Positions 27,930 through 36,771 of a DNA stretch of 38,516 nucleotides are shown here, piece by piece. Position 1 is the first letter of the stretch, and each line of letters begins with the position of its first letter. The stretch covers positions 1-38,516 of the forward strand of contig JBFGJG010000041.1 of the NCBI GenBank assembly GCA_041577295.1, given 5' to 3'. Origin of the DNA: Gemmatimonadales bacterium. GTDB lineage: Bacteria; Gemmatimonadota; Gemmatimonadetes; Gemmatimonadales; GWC2-71-9. The notes under the pieces were generated by a model. That model was given only the letters and a program-made list of their open reading frames with translations, made no database searches and was not told the DNA's origin. The position numbers were made by a program, and so were the translations under genes.

Positions 27930-28484
27930 CTACGATGGAGGAGCAAGCATCGGCTCGAGCTGTGCGCGAAGGTCGGTAAGCGCCATGCTCATGTGGTTGG
28001 CCACGGTCTGCGCCGACAGGTCGAGCGCCTCTGCCACTTCCTTATAAGTCAGACCGTGATGGCGCACGAGAATGAATACCTCGCGCCGGCGTTCGGGAAG
28101 CGCAGCCAGCGCCTCTGCAATCGCCGCTTCGAGTTCTTGTCCTTCGGCGAGATCGTCTGGTTGCCCCGCATCGGCTGGTTCTGGAACGTGCGCGCTCGCT
28201 CGCTCGTCAGCTGAGCGTTGGCGACGAACGTCGATGGCAGCATTACGCGCGATCCGAAACAACAATCCGCGGATCGACCCGTCTAAGCCCCAGGTCTCCC
28301 GGCGCTCCCATAGCCGAATGAAAGTTTCTTGGGCAACATCTTCCGCCGAGTCCCAGCTGTCGAGGAGTTGGGAAGCCACCCGCACCACGGGCTCCCAATA
28401 GCGCGTCAGCAGTTCCTCGAGCGCCGACTCATCTCCGCCGTGGATTCGCCCAAGGAGGGCGCGATCGTCAAGTGGCTGGTCCAT
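27930..28484 (-). CDS. ECF RNA polymerase sigma-70 factor (FecI-like)
   Basis: AEDVAQETFIRLW, LFRIARNAAID, LPERRREVF.L....GLTYKEVAEAL..S..TV. Confidence 0.93.
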   Translation of the reverse strand: MDQPLDDRALLGRIHGGDESALEELLTRYWEPVVRVASQLLDSWDSAEDVAQETFIRLWERRETWGLDGSIRGLLFRIARNAAIDVRRQRSADERASAHVPEPADAGQPDDLAEGQELEAAIAEALAALPERRREVFILVRHHGLTYKEVAEALDLSAQTVANHMSMALTDLRAQLEPMLAPPS

Positions 28485-28667
28485 CCTACGTCGTCGTGGT
28501 CGGTGGCGGGATCGTTACTTCCCATACTACATGGAGGGCACGAAACCGTGAGGTCTCGGGCTGGCCATAGCGCGGAGTCGAAACCCGAGCCAATCGACTC
28601 CAAAGAGCCACCCGGCAACGGATTAGCGAATCCGCGGTAAGGACCATGCGGCAAGGTCGGCCGGCCC

Positions 28668-28706
28668 ATTGGTAGAAACCGGCCACCTCGACCGTGTATG
28701 GGGTGA
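28668..28706 (+). promoter_or_regulatory. Putative ECF-sigma promoter, copy 2, upstream of fecR
   Basis: ATTGGTAGAAACCGGCCACCTCGACCGTGTATGGGGTGA, ending 19 nt before the fecR ATG; CGT in the -10 position is typical of ECF promoters. Confidence 0.65.
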
Positions 28707-28725
28707 GGCCACTTCAAAGGTGATC

Positions 28726-29670
28726 ATGGAAGAGTTGATCGTCAGAGTCCTGTGCGGAGAGGCGACCGACCGCGAGGCCCAGCAGCTCGAGGCCTGGCGG
28801 GCGGAGTCCGCAGATCACGAGCGCACGTTTGTTCAGATGCGGCGTTTGTGGGAGGCGACGGCTCCGTCTGCGACCCGTGCCGTGTCGACGCCCCCGCCGG
28901 TAGCCACGATCGTCGCCGAGGCAGAACGCCGTAGGGGTAACGTGGTTGCCCTGGCCGGGTGGCGGCGGAAACGAGGCTGGGCGCTCGTGAGCGGGTTGGC
29001 GGCGGCAGCAGTCCTGCTTCTCGCCATCGGGATCACCAGGTTCAGCCAGCCATGGGGGTCCACCTATACGACTGGATTAGGTGAGGTCGAGACCGTCACG
29101 CTGGACGATGGCAGCGTCGTACGACTGGGCGCCGGGAGCGCGCTTCGGGTGGCGCGCAGATCATCCCGATCCTTACGGCTCGACGGCCGGGCGTTTTTCG
29201 CGGTGGTGACCGACTCCGCAACGCCGTTCACTGTCGAGACGTCCGCGGGTCGCGCGGAAGTACTGGGAACCCGTTTCGAGATCGCGTCGAGCACGGACTC
29301 GCTACGGCTGGTGGTCATCGAAGGCCGCGTGGCGCTGGACGCGTCGGGCACCCGCGTCGAGGTGGCGCACGGTGAAGTGAGCCGGGTGACGGCCGGGTCG
29401 GCACCGAGCTCCCCAGTGCAGACCGATGTGTGGGCGTTGCTCGATTGGCCAAGCGGGCTCTTGATCTTCCAGGCGACACCGCTCATCGATGTGCTCGCCC
29501 AAATCGAGCGTCATTTCGGCGTGCCGGTCGTCATCGCCGACACCGCGCTCGGCAAACGAACGGTCACGGCTCGGTTCGATGACGAACCGCTCGAGGATGT
29601 GATGGGCACCGTGTGTGCCGTCGTCGGAGCACGGTGCACGGTCGGAGCGACCGTGGAGGTTGCGCCGTGA
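28726..29670 (+). CDS. fecR: FecR family anti-sigma factor / transmembrane sensor
   Basis: N-terminal LEAW..ES..H; one TM segment; VTLDDGSVVRL, GRAFFAV, VLGTRF; W.SG.LIF..TPL; AAGGTGA SD. Confidence 0.9.
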   Translation: MEELIVRVLCGEATDREAQQLEAWRAESADHERTFVQMRRLWEATAPSATRAVSTPPPVATIVAEAERRRGNVVALAGWRRKRGWALVSGLAAAAVLLLAIGITRFSQPWGSTYTTGLGEVETVTLDDGSVVRLGAGSALRVARRSSRSLRLDGRAFFAVVTDSATPFTVETSAGRAEVLGTRFEIASSTDSLRLVVIEGRVALDASGTRVEVAHGEVSRVTAGSAPSSPVQTDVWALLDWPSGLLIFQATPLIDVLAQIERHFGVPVVIADTALGKRTVTARFDDEPLEDVMGTVCAVVGARCTVGATVEVAP

Positions 29671-32279
29671 GCAGTGCTCGGAGCTGGGCGTTCGCGCTCG
29701 GTTTGATGATCGCGCCCACCTCGGTGTTGGGCCAAAGCAACCTCATGGATCGGCCGGCCAACGTCGAGGTGAGCAATGTGACGCTCGAGACTGGGCTCAC
29801 GCTCCTGTCCCAGCGATCGTCCGTGCCGATTGCGTTCAGCCCGGACCTGACGCGCGCCGTTCATCCGGTGAGCTGCTCATGTGCAGATCTCACGGTGCGT
29901 GAGGCTCTCGACTCCCTCCTTGCGACGACGGACTTCGAATACGAGGAGATGCGTGCTCGCATCGTCGTGCGCCCCAAGGAAGGGGTCAGTTCGGGACGGG
30001 ACGGTCGAAGGCGCGCGGGCGAGATCGTGGGCGTCGTTCGCGCTGCCGTCGATAGCCAGCCCATCCCGGCGGCCCGGGTGGGTCTCGCCTACCGCGTTGG
30101 TGAAGTGCTGACCGATGCAAGGGGACACTTCCGGCTTTCGTTCTCGCCGGGCGCGTACAACGTGACCGTGCGCGCCATGGGGTACCGGCCGGGCCGGGTG
30201 GACGCTGTTGTTCGCGCTGGCTCGTCGGACACGATGACCGTCTTCCTGCGTCCGGCCCCCATCAGTCTCGAAGAGATCGTGGTGACGCCCAGCACGTATG
30301 GGATCCTCAAGGAGAGCAACCTCGTCGGCTCGCACACGTTGACGAGAGAGGAGGTGCAAGCGCGGCCACACTTGGGAGAGGACGTGTTCCGCGCGGTCGA
30401 TCGCCTGCCGGGTGTGGCGACGCACGACATCACGGCAAAGTTTCACGTCCGTGGCGGTCCCCATGACCAGGTGCTCACGACGCTGGACGGGCTCGAGCTG
30501 TACGAGCCGTTCCATCTTCGCGATGCGGAAGCCGCCCTGAGCATCATCGACGTCGAGTCGGTGAGCAACATCGACCTCATCACGGGCGGTTTCTCAGTCG
30601 AGTACGGTGACAAGCTCGCGGGCGTGTTCACCATGGAGACTACCGCTCCGCCCCCTGATCGCATGATCACCACGCTCGGTTTGAGCATCCAGAACGTGTC
30701 GTTCAAGAACCAGGGGAGTTTCTCAGCCGGCCGGGGGAGTTGGCTCGTGTCGGCTCGCCGTGGCTATCTGGATCTGATTCTCGACATCACCGACGCACCG
30801 AAGGAAGGCGCGTCCTTCTCGCCCACGTACTACGATGCGTTCGCGAAGACAAATTTGCTGCTCGGTTCGCGGCACCGGCTCTCCGCGCAAGCACTCCACG
30901 CTGGTGACGAGGTCTCGGCACTGGAAGAAGACGGCACGACGCTCGAGAGCTCCTGGCGCAGCAGTTATGTGTGGCTCACCTGGGGCGCCGAGTTCACCGA
31001 ACGCCTCTCGTCTCAGACGATCGTATCCACTGGCCGTCTCACGCGGAAGCGTATCGGATCGGACTTTTGGAATGACACGCTCCAGCTGCTAGCCGTGGAC
31101 GATCGACAACGGTTTCACTTCTTTGGCGTCAAACAGGACTGGACGTTCCTCGTAGCCGACGACGTGCTGTTCAAGTGGGGGGTCGATTTCAAGCGTGGCG
31201 CGAGCGACTATGGCTACGCTCGGTGGATTCGGGAGTGGGTCGCGAACGCGACGGACCCGCAAGGGCCGGCCTGGTCCTTGAGCGCGCCAGACTCCCTCTC
31301 ACTGGTACTCGAGCCGACGGGCTCCGAGTTGGGGAGCTATCTCTCGATGAGGGCTCGGCCCGTCGAGCCTTTCACGTTCGAGGTTGGCGTACGTTACGAT
31401 CGCCAGACGCACACCGGAGATCGCACCCTCGCACCGCGAGTGAACGTTGTGCTCGAGATCGCGCCCCGAACAACGGTGAGGGGCGCGTGGGGATATTTCT
31501 ATCAATCACAAGGCTTGCACGAACTGCGGGTCGCGGACGGCGAGCATTTGTTCAACGTGGCACAGCGGGCCGAACATCGGATCCTGGGATTGCAGCACCA
31601 ATTGTACAACGGCATCGCGCTGCGAATCGAGGCGTACGAGCGCCGCATCTCCGATCCGATCCCCGAGTTTCGCAGTCTGGTGCCGCAAATCGAGTCTGTG
31701 CCGGAGGAAGGACCCGAGGATCGTATCCGGATCGATCCGACACGGGGGCTTGCCCGCGGCATCGAGTTGAGCGCTGATTACGATGTGGGAAAACGCATTG
31801 CGTGGTCGGTGAGCTATGCGCTCGCATCGGCCAAGGACGAACTGGACGGACAGTGGTTCCCTCGGCCATTCGATCAACGTCACACCATCCAGATCGACTT
31901 CGCGTACCGTCCCAACCGGGCGTGGTCCCTCGGGTGGGCGTGGCAGTACCACTCGCCGTGGCCGGGGACACCCGAGAATTATTCGACCGTCGCGCTCGTG
32001 AACGGCGATGTGGTGATCGATCGTCGCTTTGGCACGCCATATGGCAATCGCATGCCGGCGTACCATCGGATGGACGCGAGGGTCATGAGACACTTCCCGC
32101 TCGGGCGTGGCCGGCTGTCGGTGTTCCTGGATGTGTTCAACGTGTACGATCGCGAGAACGCACTCGCCTGGGATTACGTCGCATCGACGGGAGGGTCAAC
32201 GCCTCGGCTGGACGTGCGGCGGAACTTCCACCAACAGATCGGGGTGCTGCCGACGGCAGGGGCGCGCTGGGAGTTCTAG
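29667..32279 (+). CDS. TonB-dependent receptor with N-terminal signalling (STN-like) and carboxypeptidase-regulatory-like domains
   Basis: GTG overlaps the fecR TGA; signal peptide; LEEIVVT TonB box; plug LPGV..VRGG..DG..YG; C-terminal RWEF. Confidence 0.9.
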   Translation: MSSARSWAFALGLMIAPTSVLGQSNLMDRPANVEVSNVTLETGLTLLSQRSSVPIAFSPDLTRAVHPVSCSCADLTVREALDSLLATTDFEYEEMRARIVVRPKEGVSSGRDGRRRAGEIVGVVRAAVDSQPIPAARVGLAYRVGEVLTDARGHFRLSFSPGAYNVTVRAMGYRPGRVDAVVRAGSSDTMTVFLRPAPISLEEIVVTPSTYGILKESNLVGSHTLTREEVQARPHLGEDVFRAVDRLPGVATHDITAKFHVRGGPHDQVLTTLDGLELYEPFHLRDAEAALSIIDVESVSNIDLITGGFSVEYGDKLAGVFTMETTAPPPDRMITTLGLSIQNVSFKNQGSFSAGRGSWLVSARRGYLDLILDITDAPKEGASFSPTYYDAFAKTNLLLGSRHRLSAQALHAGDEVSALEEDGTTLESSWRSSYVWLTWGAEFTERLSSQTIVSTGRLTRKRIGSDFWNDTLQLLAVDDRQRFHFFGVKQDWTFLVADDVLFKWGVDFKRGASDYGYARWIREWVANATDPQGPAWSLSAPDSLSLVLEPTGSELGSYLSMRARPVEPFTFEVGVRYDRQTHTGDRTLAPRVNVVLEIAPRTTVRGAWGYFYQSQGLHELRVADGEHLFNVAQRAEHRILGLQHQLYNGIALRIEAYERRISDPIPEFRSLVPQIESVPEEGPEDRIRIDPTRGLARGIELSADYDVGKRIAWSVSYALASAKDELDGQWFPRPFDQRHTIQIDFAYRPNRAWSLGWAWQYHSPWPGTPENYSTVALVNGDVVIDRRFGTPYGNRMPAYHRMDARVMRHFPLGRGRLSVFLDVFNVYDRENALAWDYVASTGGSTPRLDVRRNFHQQIGVLPTAGARWEF

Positions 32280-32348
32280 GACTTCTATGTGCTCATTAGC
32301 GGCGCCCGGTTCCCCAGCAGGTTGTCGCCCTTACCCCGTTCCGGGCCT

Positions 32349-32729
32349 TCACTTTGCGGCACGCGCAGCCGACTTCACCATCTCGCTAAGTGTCGGATGT
32401 ACGTGGATCGACTTGCTGATTCGCTCGATTCCACCATGGTTGTGCATTGCCGCTACCACCTCATGGAGGAGATCGTCCCCGTGCGGAGCCAGGACGTGGA
32501 AACCCAGAATCTCGCGGGTCGCCTTCCCCACCACCGCTTTGAGCATGCCCTTCGCATCTCCGATCGCTGATGCCCTCGCACCACCAACGGGAACCCGTCC
32601 GACCGTGACTTCGTGCCCGTGCGCTCGGGCCTCGTTCTCCGACCAGCCGACGGCCGCGAGCACGGGGTCGCTGAACACCGCCCGAGGCATCACGCGGTAA
32701 TCCACTTGCTTACCGCGGCGTAGTCGGGC
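32349..32729 (-). pseudogene. C-terminal dimerisation-domain fragment of a dihydrolipoamide dehydrogenase/mercuric reductase-family flavoprotein
   Basis: P.AVFSDP.LA.VG, GMLKAV....EILG.H, HVHPTLSE. In-frame TGA lies just upstream of RARLRRGKQVDY; no FAD/NAD domains are present. Confidence 0.75.
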
Positions 32730-32780
32730 GCGTCAGTCCAGGAAGGCCGGGTGATCGCTCCAGCACCCCCGGCTCCGCCC

Positions 32781-34973
32781 TCAATCTCCCATCCCCAACC
32801 GCTCGAGGAATTGCTGAAACCTGGGGTCGTCGCGAACCGGGTCCGACCACGGACTCACCTTGACGTACAGCAGACCGTCCGGCGCATCAGTGAACGCCCG
32901 ATCCAGCCACTCAAACGCGCGGTCTGCGTCACCGAGCTGCGCGTAGACACCAGCGATCATTGAGGGACTGTCACCCGCCGCCTTTGCTGCCTCCAGCAGC
33001 TCGAGAGCCTTCTCTCTTTTTCCCCACTGAGCATAGAACACCGCGCGGGCGGCGAGCTGGTCCGGCGCATCCGGATTGAGCTCGATCGTCCGCTCCAAGG
33101 CCGCGATCGCCTGCTCGAACAGTCCCTTCTGCGCATACACCCCGCCGAGGACTCCATACACGGAGTGGAAGTTGGGCTCGAGCTCCAACGTCTTGTGAAG
33201 CTGTTCAATAGCGCCATCGTAGTCCCGGGCAAACAGAAGGACCATGCCGACGGTGACGCTGATGGCATGTGAAAGTGGGTCCAACTCCTCGGCGCGCCGA
33301 ATCTCCCGTAGCGCCTCGTCCATCCGGCCTTGGGCACACAGCAACGTCGCGTACCACTGGTGCGCCGTGGCGTAGTTTGGATTGAGCTCGATGGCGCGCT
33401 GGTACTCCTCTTCTTCGCCTTGCCAGTCCCGTTCCGACCGCAGTACCTGCCCGCGGGACGTATGGGCCTCGGCCAGTGTCTCGTCCAGCGCCAGGGCCTG
33501 CTCCGCCGCTGCTTTGGCTCTCGCATGTGACTCGGATTGCGAAACATGGCCGTAGGATCCAAGAAGGAGGTATGCGTCCGCCAAACCGGAGTACGCGAGC
33601 GCGAACTGGGGGTCCTCTTCGATCGCCTGAACGAAGTATTCGACCGCCTGCTCCAGTCCCGCCTTGTTCCGCCGGTTCCAGAGATGGCGGCCCTTTAGGT
33701 ACAGCTGATAGGCCTCGACATTCTTCGTTGCCGGCTTGACCAGCCGTTGCTCCGAGCCAGCCACGAGCTTCACCCTCAAGCGATTCGCAATCGTCGTGGC
33801 GATCTCGTCCTGGATGGCGAACACGTCGTCGATCTCGCGATCGTACCGCTCGGACCAGAGGTGATAGCCGTCCGCCACATTGACCAACTGCGCGGTGATG
33901 CGCAGTCTGTTCCCCGCCCTCCGCACGCTCCCTTCCAACACCGTGGCAACTTTTAGCTTGGTGCCGACCGTGGCCACATCGTGCGCTTGGCCCTTGAACG
34001 AGAAAGACGACGTTCGCGCAGCGACTCGCAGATCCTTCACCTGCGCCAATGCGTTGATGATCTCTTCCGTCACCCCGTCGCTGAAGTATTCGTTCTCGGG
34101 ATCGGCACTCATGTTGACGAACGGAAGCACTGCAACCGATCGTGCCGGGCTCGAGCCCAGGCCCGGCTGAGTTTGCGTGGTCTCAAACGCAGTCTTTGCC
34201 AACGCCGCGGCAAACTCAGCGCCGCTGACAAACCGGTCCGCCGACGCAGGCGCCACGGCTCGCCGCAGCACCTGCTGTATCCCGGGCGGGAACGCATCGA
34301 TTTGGGTGCCGGAATCGGTTAGCGTGGGCGGCCACCGCCCTGTCAGCATCTCGTAGAGCACGCAGCCGAGACTGTAGAGATCGCTTCTCCCATCGACGTC
34401 CTGATTCCCCTTGATCTGCTCGGGACTCATATAGGCCGGCGTACCGATCGGGAAGCCGGTCTGGGTGAGCTGCCTGCCCCCGGCGGCGCTCACCGCGCGG
34501 GCAATGCCAAAGTCTGCCACGGTCGCGTGACCCCGGGAGAGTAGAATATTCTCAGGCTTGATATCCCGGTGTACGACGCCTTCCGCGTGGGCGTAGTCGA
34601 GCGCGTCCAGGACGTTCCGTGCAATCCGCACGGCGTCCTCGAGAGGCACCACGCCATCGCGTTCGAGCCGGTGCCGCAGCGATTCCTGTTCGACCGGCAT
34701 CACGTAGTACAGCAGGTCGTCGGCCTCGCCAGAGTCGTAGACCGGCAGGATGTGCGGATGATTGAGCCGCGCGGCGATTTTGATCTCGCGTAGGAAGCGG
34801 TCAACGCCGAGCGTCGCCGAGACCTCGGGGTTGAGCACCTTGACCGCAACGGGTCGGTCGTGCCTCAGGTCGCGTGCGCGATAGACCGTCGCCATCCCGC
34901 CGGCACCGAGCGGACGCTCGATGTCGTATCGGCCGGCAAGAGCAGTTTTCAGGCGCTCAAACGTGTGCTGCAT
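32781..34973 (-). CDS. Ser/Thr protein kinase with TolB-like domain and TPR repeats
   Basis: GAGGMATVY, VAVK, HRDIKPEN, DFG, GTPAYMSPEQ; SVAVLPFVNMS..ENEYFSDG; several TPRs. Confidence 0.95.
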   Translation of the reverse strand: MQHTFERLKTALAGRYDIERPLGAGGMATVYRARDLRHDRPVAVKVLNPEVSATLGVDRFLREIKIAARLNHPHILPVYDSGEADDLLYYVMPVEQESLRHRLERDGVVPLEDAVRIARNVLDALDYAHAEGVVHRDIKPENILLSRGHATVADFGIARAVSAAGGRQLTQTGFPIGTPAYMSPEQIKGNQDVDGRSDLYSLGCVLYEMLTGRWPPTLTDSGTQIDAFPPGIQQVLRRAVAPASADRFVSGAEFAAALAKTAFETTQTQPGLGSSPARSVAVLPFVNMSADPENEYFSDGVTEEIINALAQVKDLRVAARTSSFSFKGQAHDVATVGTKLKVATVLEGSVRRAGNRLRITAQLVNVADGYHLWSERYDREIDDVFAIQDEIATTIANRLRVKLVAGSEQRLVKPATKNVEAYQLYLKGRHLWNRRNKAGLEQAVEYFVQAIEEDPQFALAYSGLADAYLLLGSYGHVSQSESHARAKAAAEQALALDETLAEAHTSRGQVLRSERDWQGEEEEYQRAIELNPNYATAHQWYATLLCAQGRMDEALREIRRAEELDPLSHAISVTVGMVLLFARDYDGAIEQLHKTLELEPNFHSVYGVLGGVYAQKGLFEQAIAALERTIELNPDAPDQLAARAVFYAQWGKREKALELLEAAKAAGDSPSMIAGVYAQLGDADRAFEWLDRAFTDAPDGLLYVKVSPWSDPVRDDPRFQQFLERLGMGD

Positions 34974-35039
34974 GACGGGCTAAGATAGCCATCGTCGCAA
35001 AGGGTGGCGAACGAAGGTCGCGCGGCGTCTCCACCCGAA

Positions 35040-35313
35040 TTACATCGATCGATTGCAAGCTGACATCGATCGTTTGTAAGCCTCCATTGGCCATTTGCAA
35101 GCTCACATGCGGCGTTTGGCGGGCCCACATCTGGCGTTTGCAAGCTCACATTCGGCATTCGCAAGCTTACATTCGCCGTTCGCGGGCTTGCATCGGGCGT
35201 TGACAGGCTTGCATCGGGCGTTTGCAGGCTTCCATTCGTCCTGGGGAGGCTTACATCTGGCCGAGGGAAGCTTACAAATGGCCAGGTACGGCTTGCACAC
35301 GGCCTGGTTTCGC
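35040..35313. repeat. Degenerate 21-bp tandem array A (13 units, one of 22 bp)
   Basis: Units such as TTACATCGATCGATTGCAAGC, TCACATTCGGCATTCGCAAGC, TTGCATCGGGCGTTTGCAGGC; approximate consensus TTACATCGGGCGTTTGCAAGC. Confidence 0.9.
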
Positions 35314-35592
35314 GAATTGTTTCCCTGGAAGGCTGATCACGAGGCCCGTTCCCCGAAGCGAGGGGCTAGTAGTGTTGCAAATCTCCTTATGATTTCACCG
35401 ACTCGTTCGGGACCGGAGCGGTCGTTGAGTCGGGCGGTGGCAGCAGTGGCGTTCGTGGCGAAACGGGTGTGACAAAAGAGGCAGCGCGTGTACATGCCAC
35501 GTTCGCCGAAAAGACTTCTATGATTCTGCCGCACGCCGTAAGCGGACGCAACGGCCGGACAGGGGCGGACGGATGGACACCCTCTCGTCATT

Positions 35593-35610
35593 CCCGGGCT
35601 GAAGCCCGGG
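35593..35610. repeat. GC-rich intergenic palindrome (REP-like hairpin)
   Basis: CCCGGGC-TGAA-GCCCGGG; single copy in the window. Confidence 0.4.
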
Positions 35611-35732
35611 CTCGCCGTGTGAGCCCAGAAGGGCTCGTTTTCGCTTCAGCGCTGGAACCTCGATCGAAACGCAGTGCAACCATCTCGCCGCAGATATCGT
35701 CTCAAAGACATCCTCATCCGGAGTTCGAATTG

Positions 35733-36518
35733 ATGCGCGTGTTCCCCATGCGGTGGTGCTGTGCGCCGGCCCTGCTCGCCGCACTCACGTCCTGCGCCCC
35801 AGGCGATCCGCTGGACCAGCTCCTCGAGCGCAATGCGGAGGCGCTCGGCGGGCGGGCGCGTCTCGAGGAAGTCCAATCGATCCAGATCGTCCGCAACGAA
35901 CAGATGATGGCCGTCACGCGGCGCGATGGGTTCCACCGCATCGAGCTGTTCAACCCCGACGGTACGTTGCGCTACGCAGAGGGCATCGCACGCGGTGCCG
36001 CCTGGGAACAGACCGCCGACGATCCAGTGCGGCGTCCGGTGTCCGGACGCCCGGCAGAGGCGTTGTGGCGGGTGCTGCAATGGCCCTCAGTCCTGAACCC
36101 GCTCTACCGGATTGAGAACCAAGGTCACTCGCTGACGCTTCTCCCCGACACCGTGCTCGACGGCACCTCGTATCGTGTCGTGCTCCTCACGCTGAGCGAC
36201 GGGTTCGAGCGCGTGTATTTCATCAATGCCGAGACGTCTCTGATCGAGCGGTCGCGGGACCACCGTCGGCTGCACGCCTACGAGGAATCCGCACAAAACC
36301 TTGAGAGCCTCTGGGGCGACTACCGCGCGCTGAATGGCGTGCGGGTGCCGTTCTACGTGGCGGAGCGCAACTACGACACAGGCGAGCTGCTGTATGGGAC
36401 CACGTTCCTCGACGTGCGGCTCAACGTGGACGTTCCGGAGGAGCAGTTCAGCATCTCGGGGGTGTCGAGCCCAGCCGCGTTGCGCGCCGCGCTACAAGAG
36501 CGTGGCGCGGCGAATTGA
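35733..36518 (+). CDS. Hypothetical lipoprotein (LolA-like / outer-membrane lipoprotein-sorting-like fold)
   Basis: ATG after GGAG; lipobox LTSC; EALGG...L..V.S; YFINAET.LI; GDYRALNGVRVPF. Confidence 0.7.
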   Translation: MRVFPMRWCCAPALLAALTSCAPGDPLDQLLERNAEALGGRARLEEVQSIQIVRNEQMMAVTRRDGFHRIELFNPDGTLRYAEGIARGAAWEQTADDPVRRPVSGRPAEALWRVLQWPSVLNPLYRIENQGHSLTLLPDTVLDGTSYRVVLLTLSDGFERVYFINAETSLIERSRDHRRLHAYEESAQNLESLWGDYRALNGVRVPFYVAERNYDTGELLYGTTFLDVRLNVDVPEEQFSISGVSSPAALRAALQERGAAN

Positions 36519-36540
36519 CGCCCCCTTACTGGGACGGCGA

Positions 36541-36771
36541 CTCGATCATTTCAAATGGCCGTTTTGAAGCTTCAAACGAGCGTTTTGAAGCTTGGAATCG
36601 CCGTTTTGAAACTTTGAAACGGGGTTTTGAAGCTTAGAAGCGGCATTTCGAAGCTTCGATTTGGCGATTTCGACCTTGAAAACGTCATTTTGAAGCTTCG
36701 AAACGACGTGTTGAACGTTCGAACTGCCTATTTCATGCTTCGAAACGACTATTTGAAGCTTCAAAACGATC
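36541..36771. repeat. 21-bp tandem array B (10 clear units plus 1 degenerate), AT-rich with palindromic cores
   Basis: Units from 36562: TTTTGAAGCTTCAAACGAGCG, TTTTGAAGCTTGGAATCGCCG, TTTTGAAACTTTGAAACGGGG, ... ATTTGAAGCTTCAAAACGATC; six exact AAGCTT. Confidence 0.92.

Noticed and set aside
28620..28635. Short hairpin CGGATT-AGCG-AATCCG in the sigma-fecR gap
   Set aside because: A 6-bp stem is expected by chance; no second copy.
32349..32705. merA linked to the metal efflux operon
   Set aside because: No C-terminal Cys-Cys pair, only a fragment, no other mer genes, and 8 kb away.
35095..35732. Plus-strand His-heptad ORF 35095-35472 and the long start (35469) of the lipoprotein
   Set aside because: No SD, the same heptad phase has a TGA at 35061, and the lipoprotein signal begins at 35733.
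35040..36771. The 21-bp arrays as CRISPR arrays
   Set aside because: Units are contiguous and degenerate, with no unique 25-45 bp spacers; no cas genes in the window.
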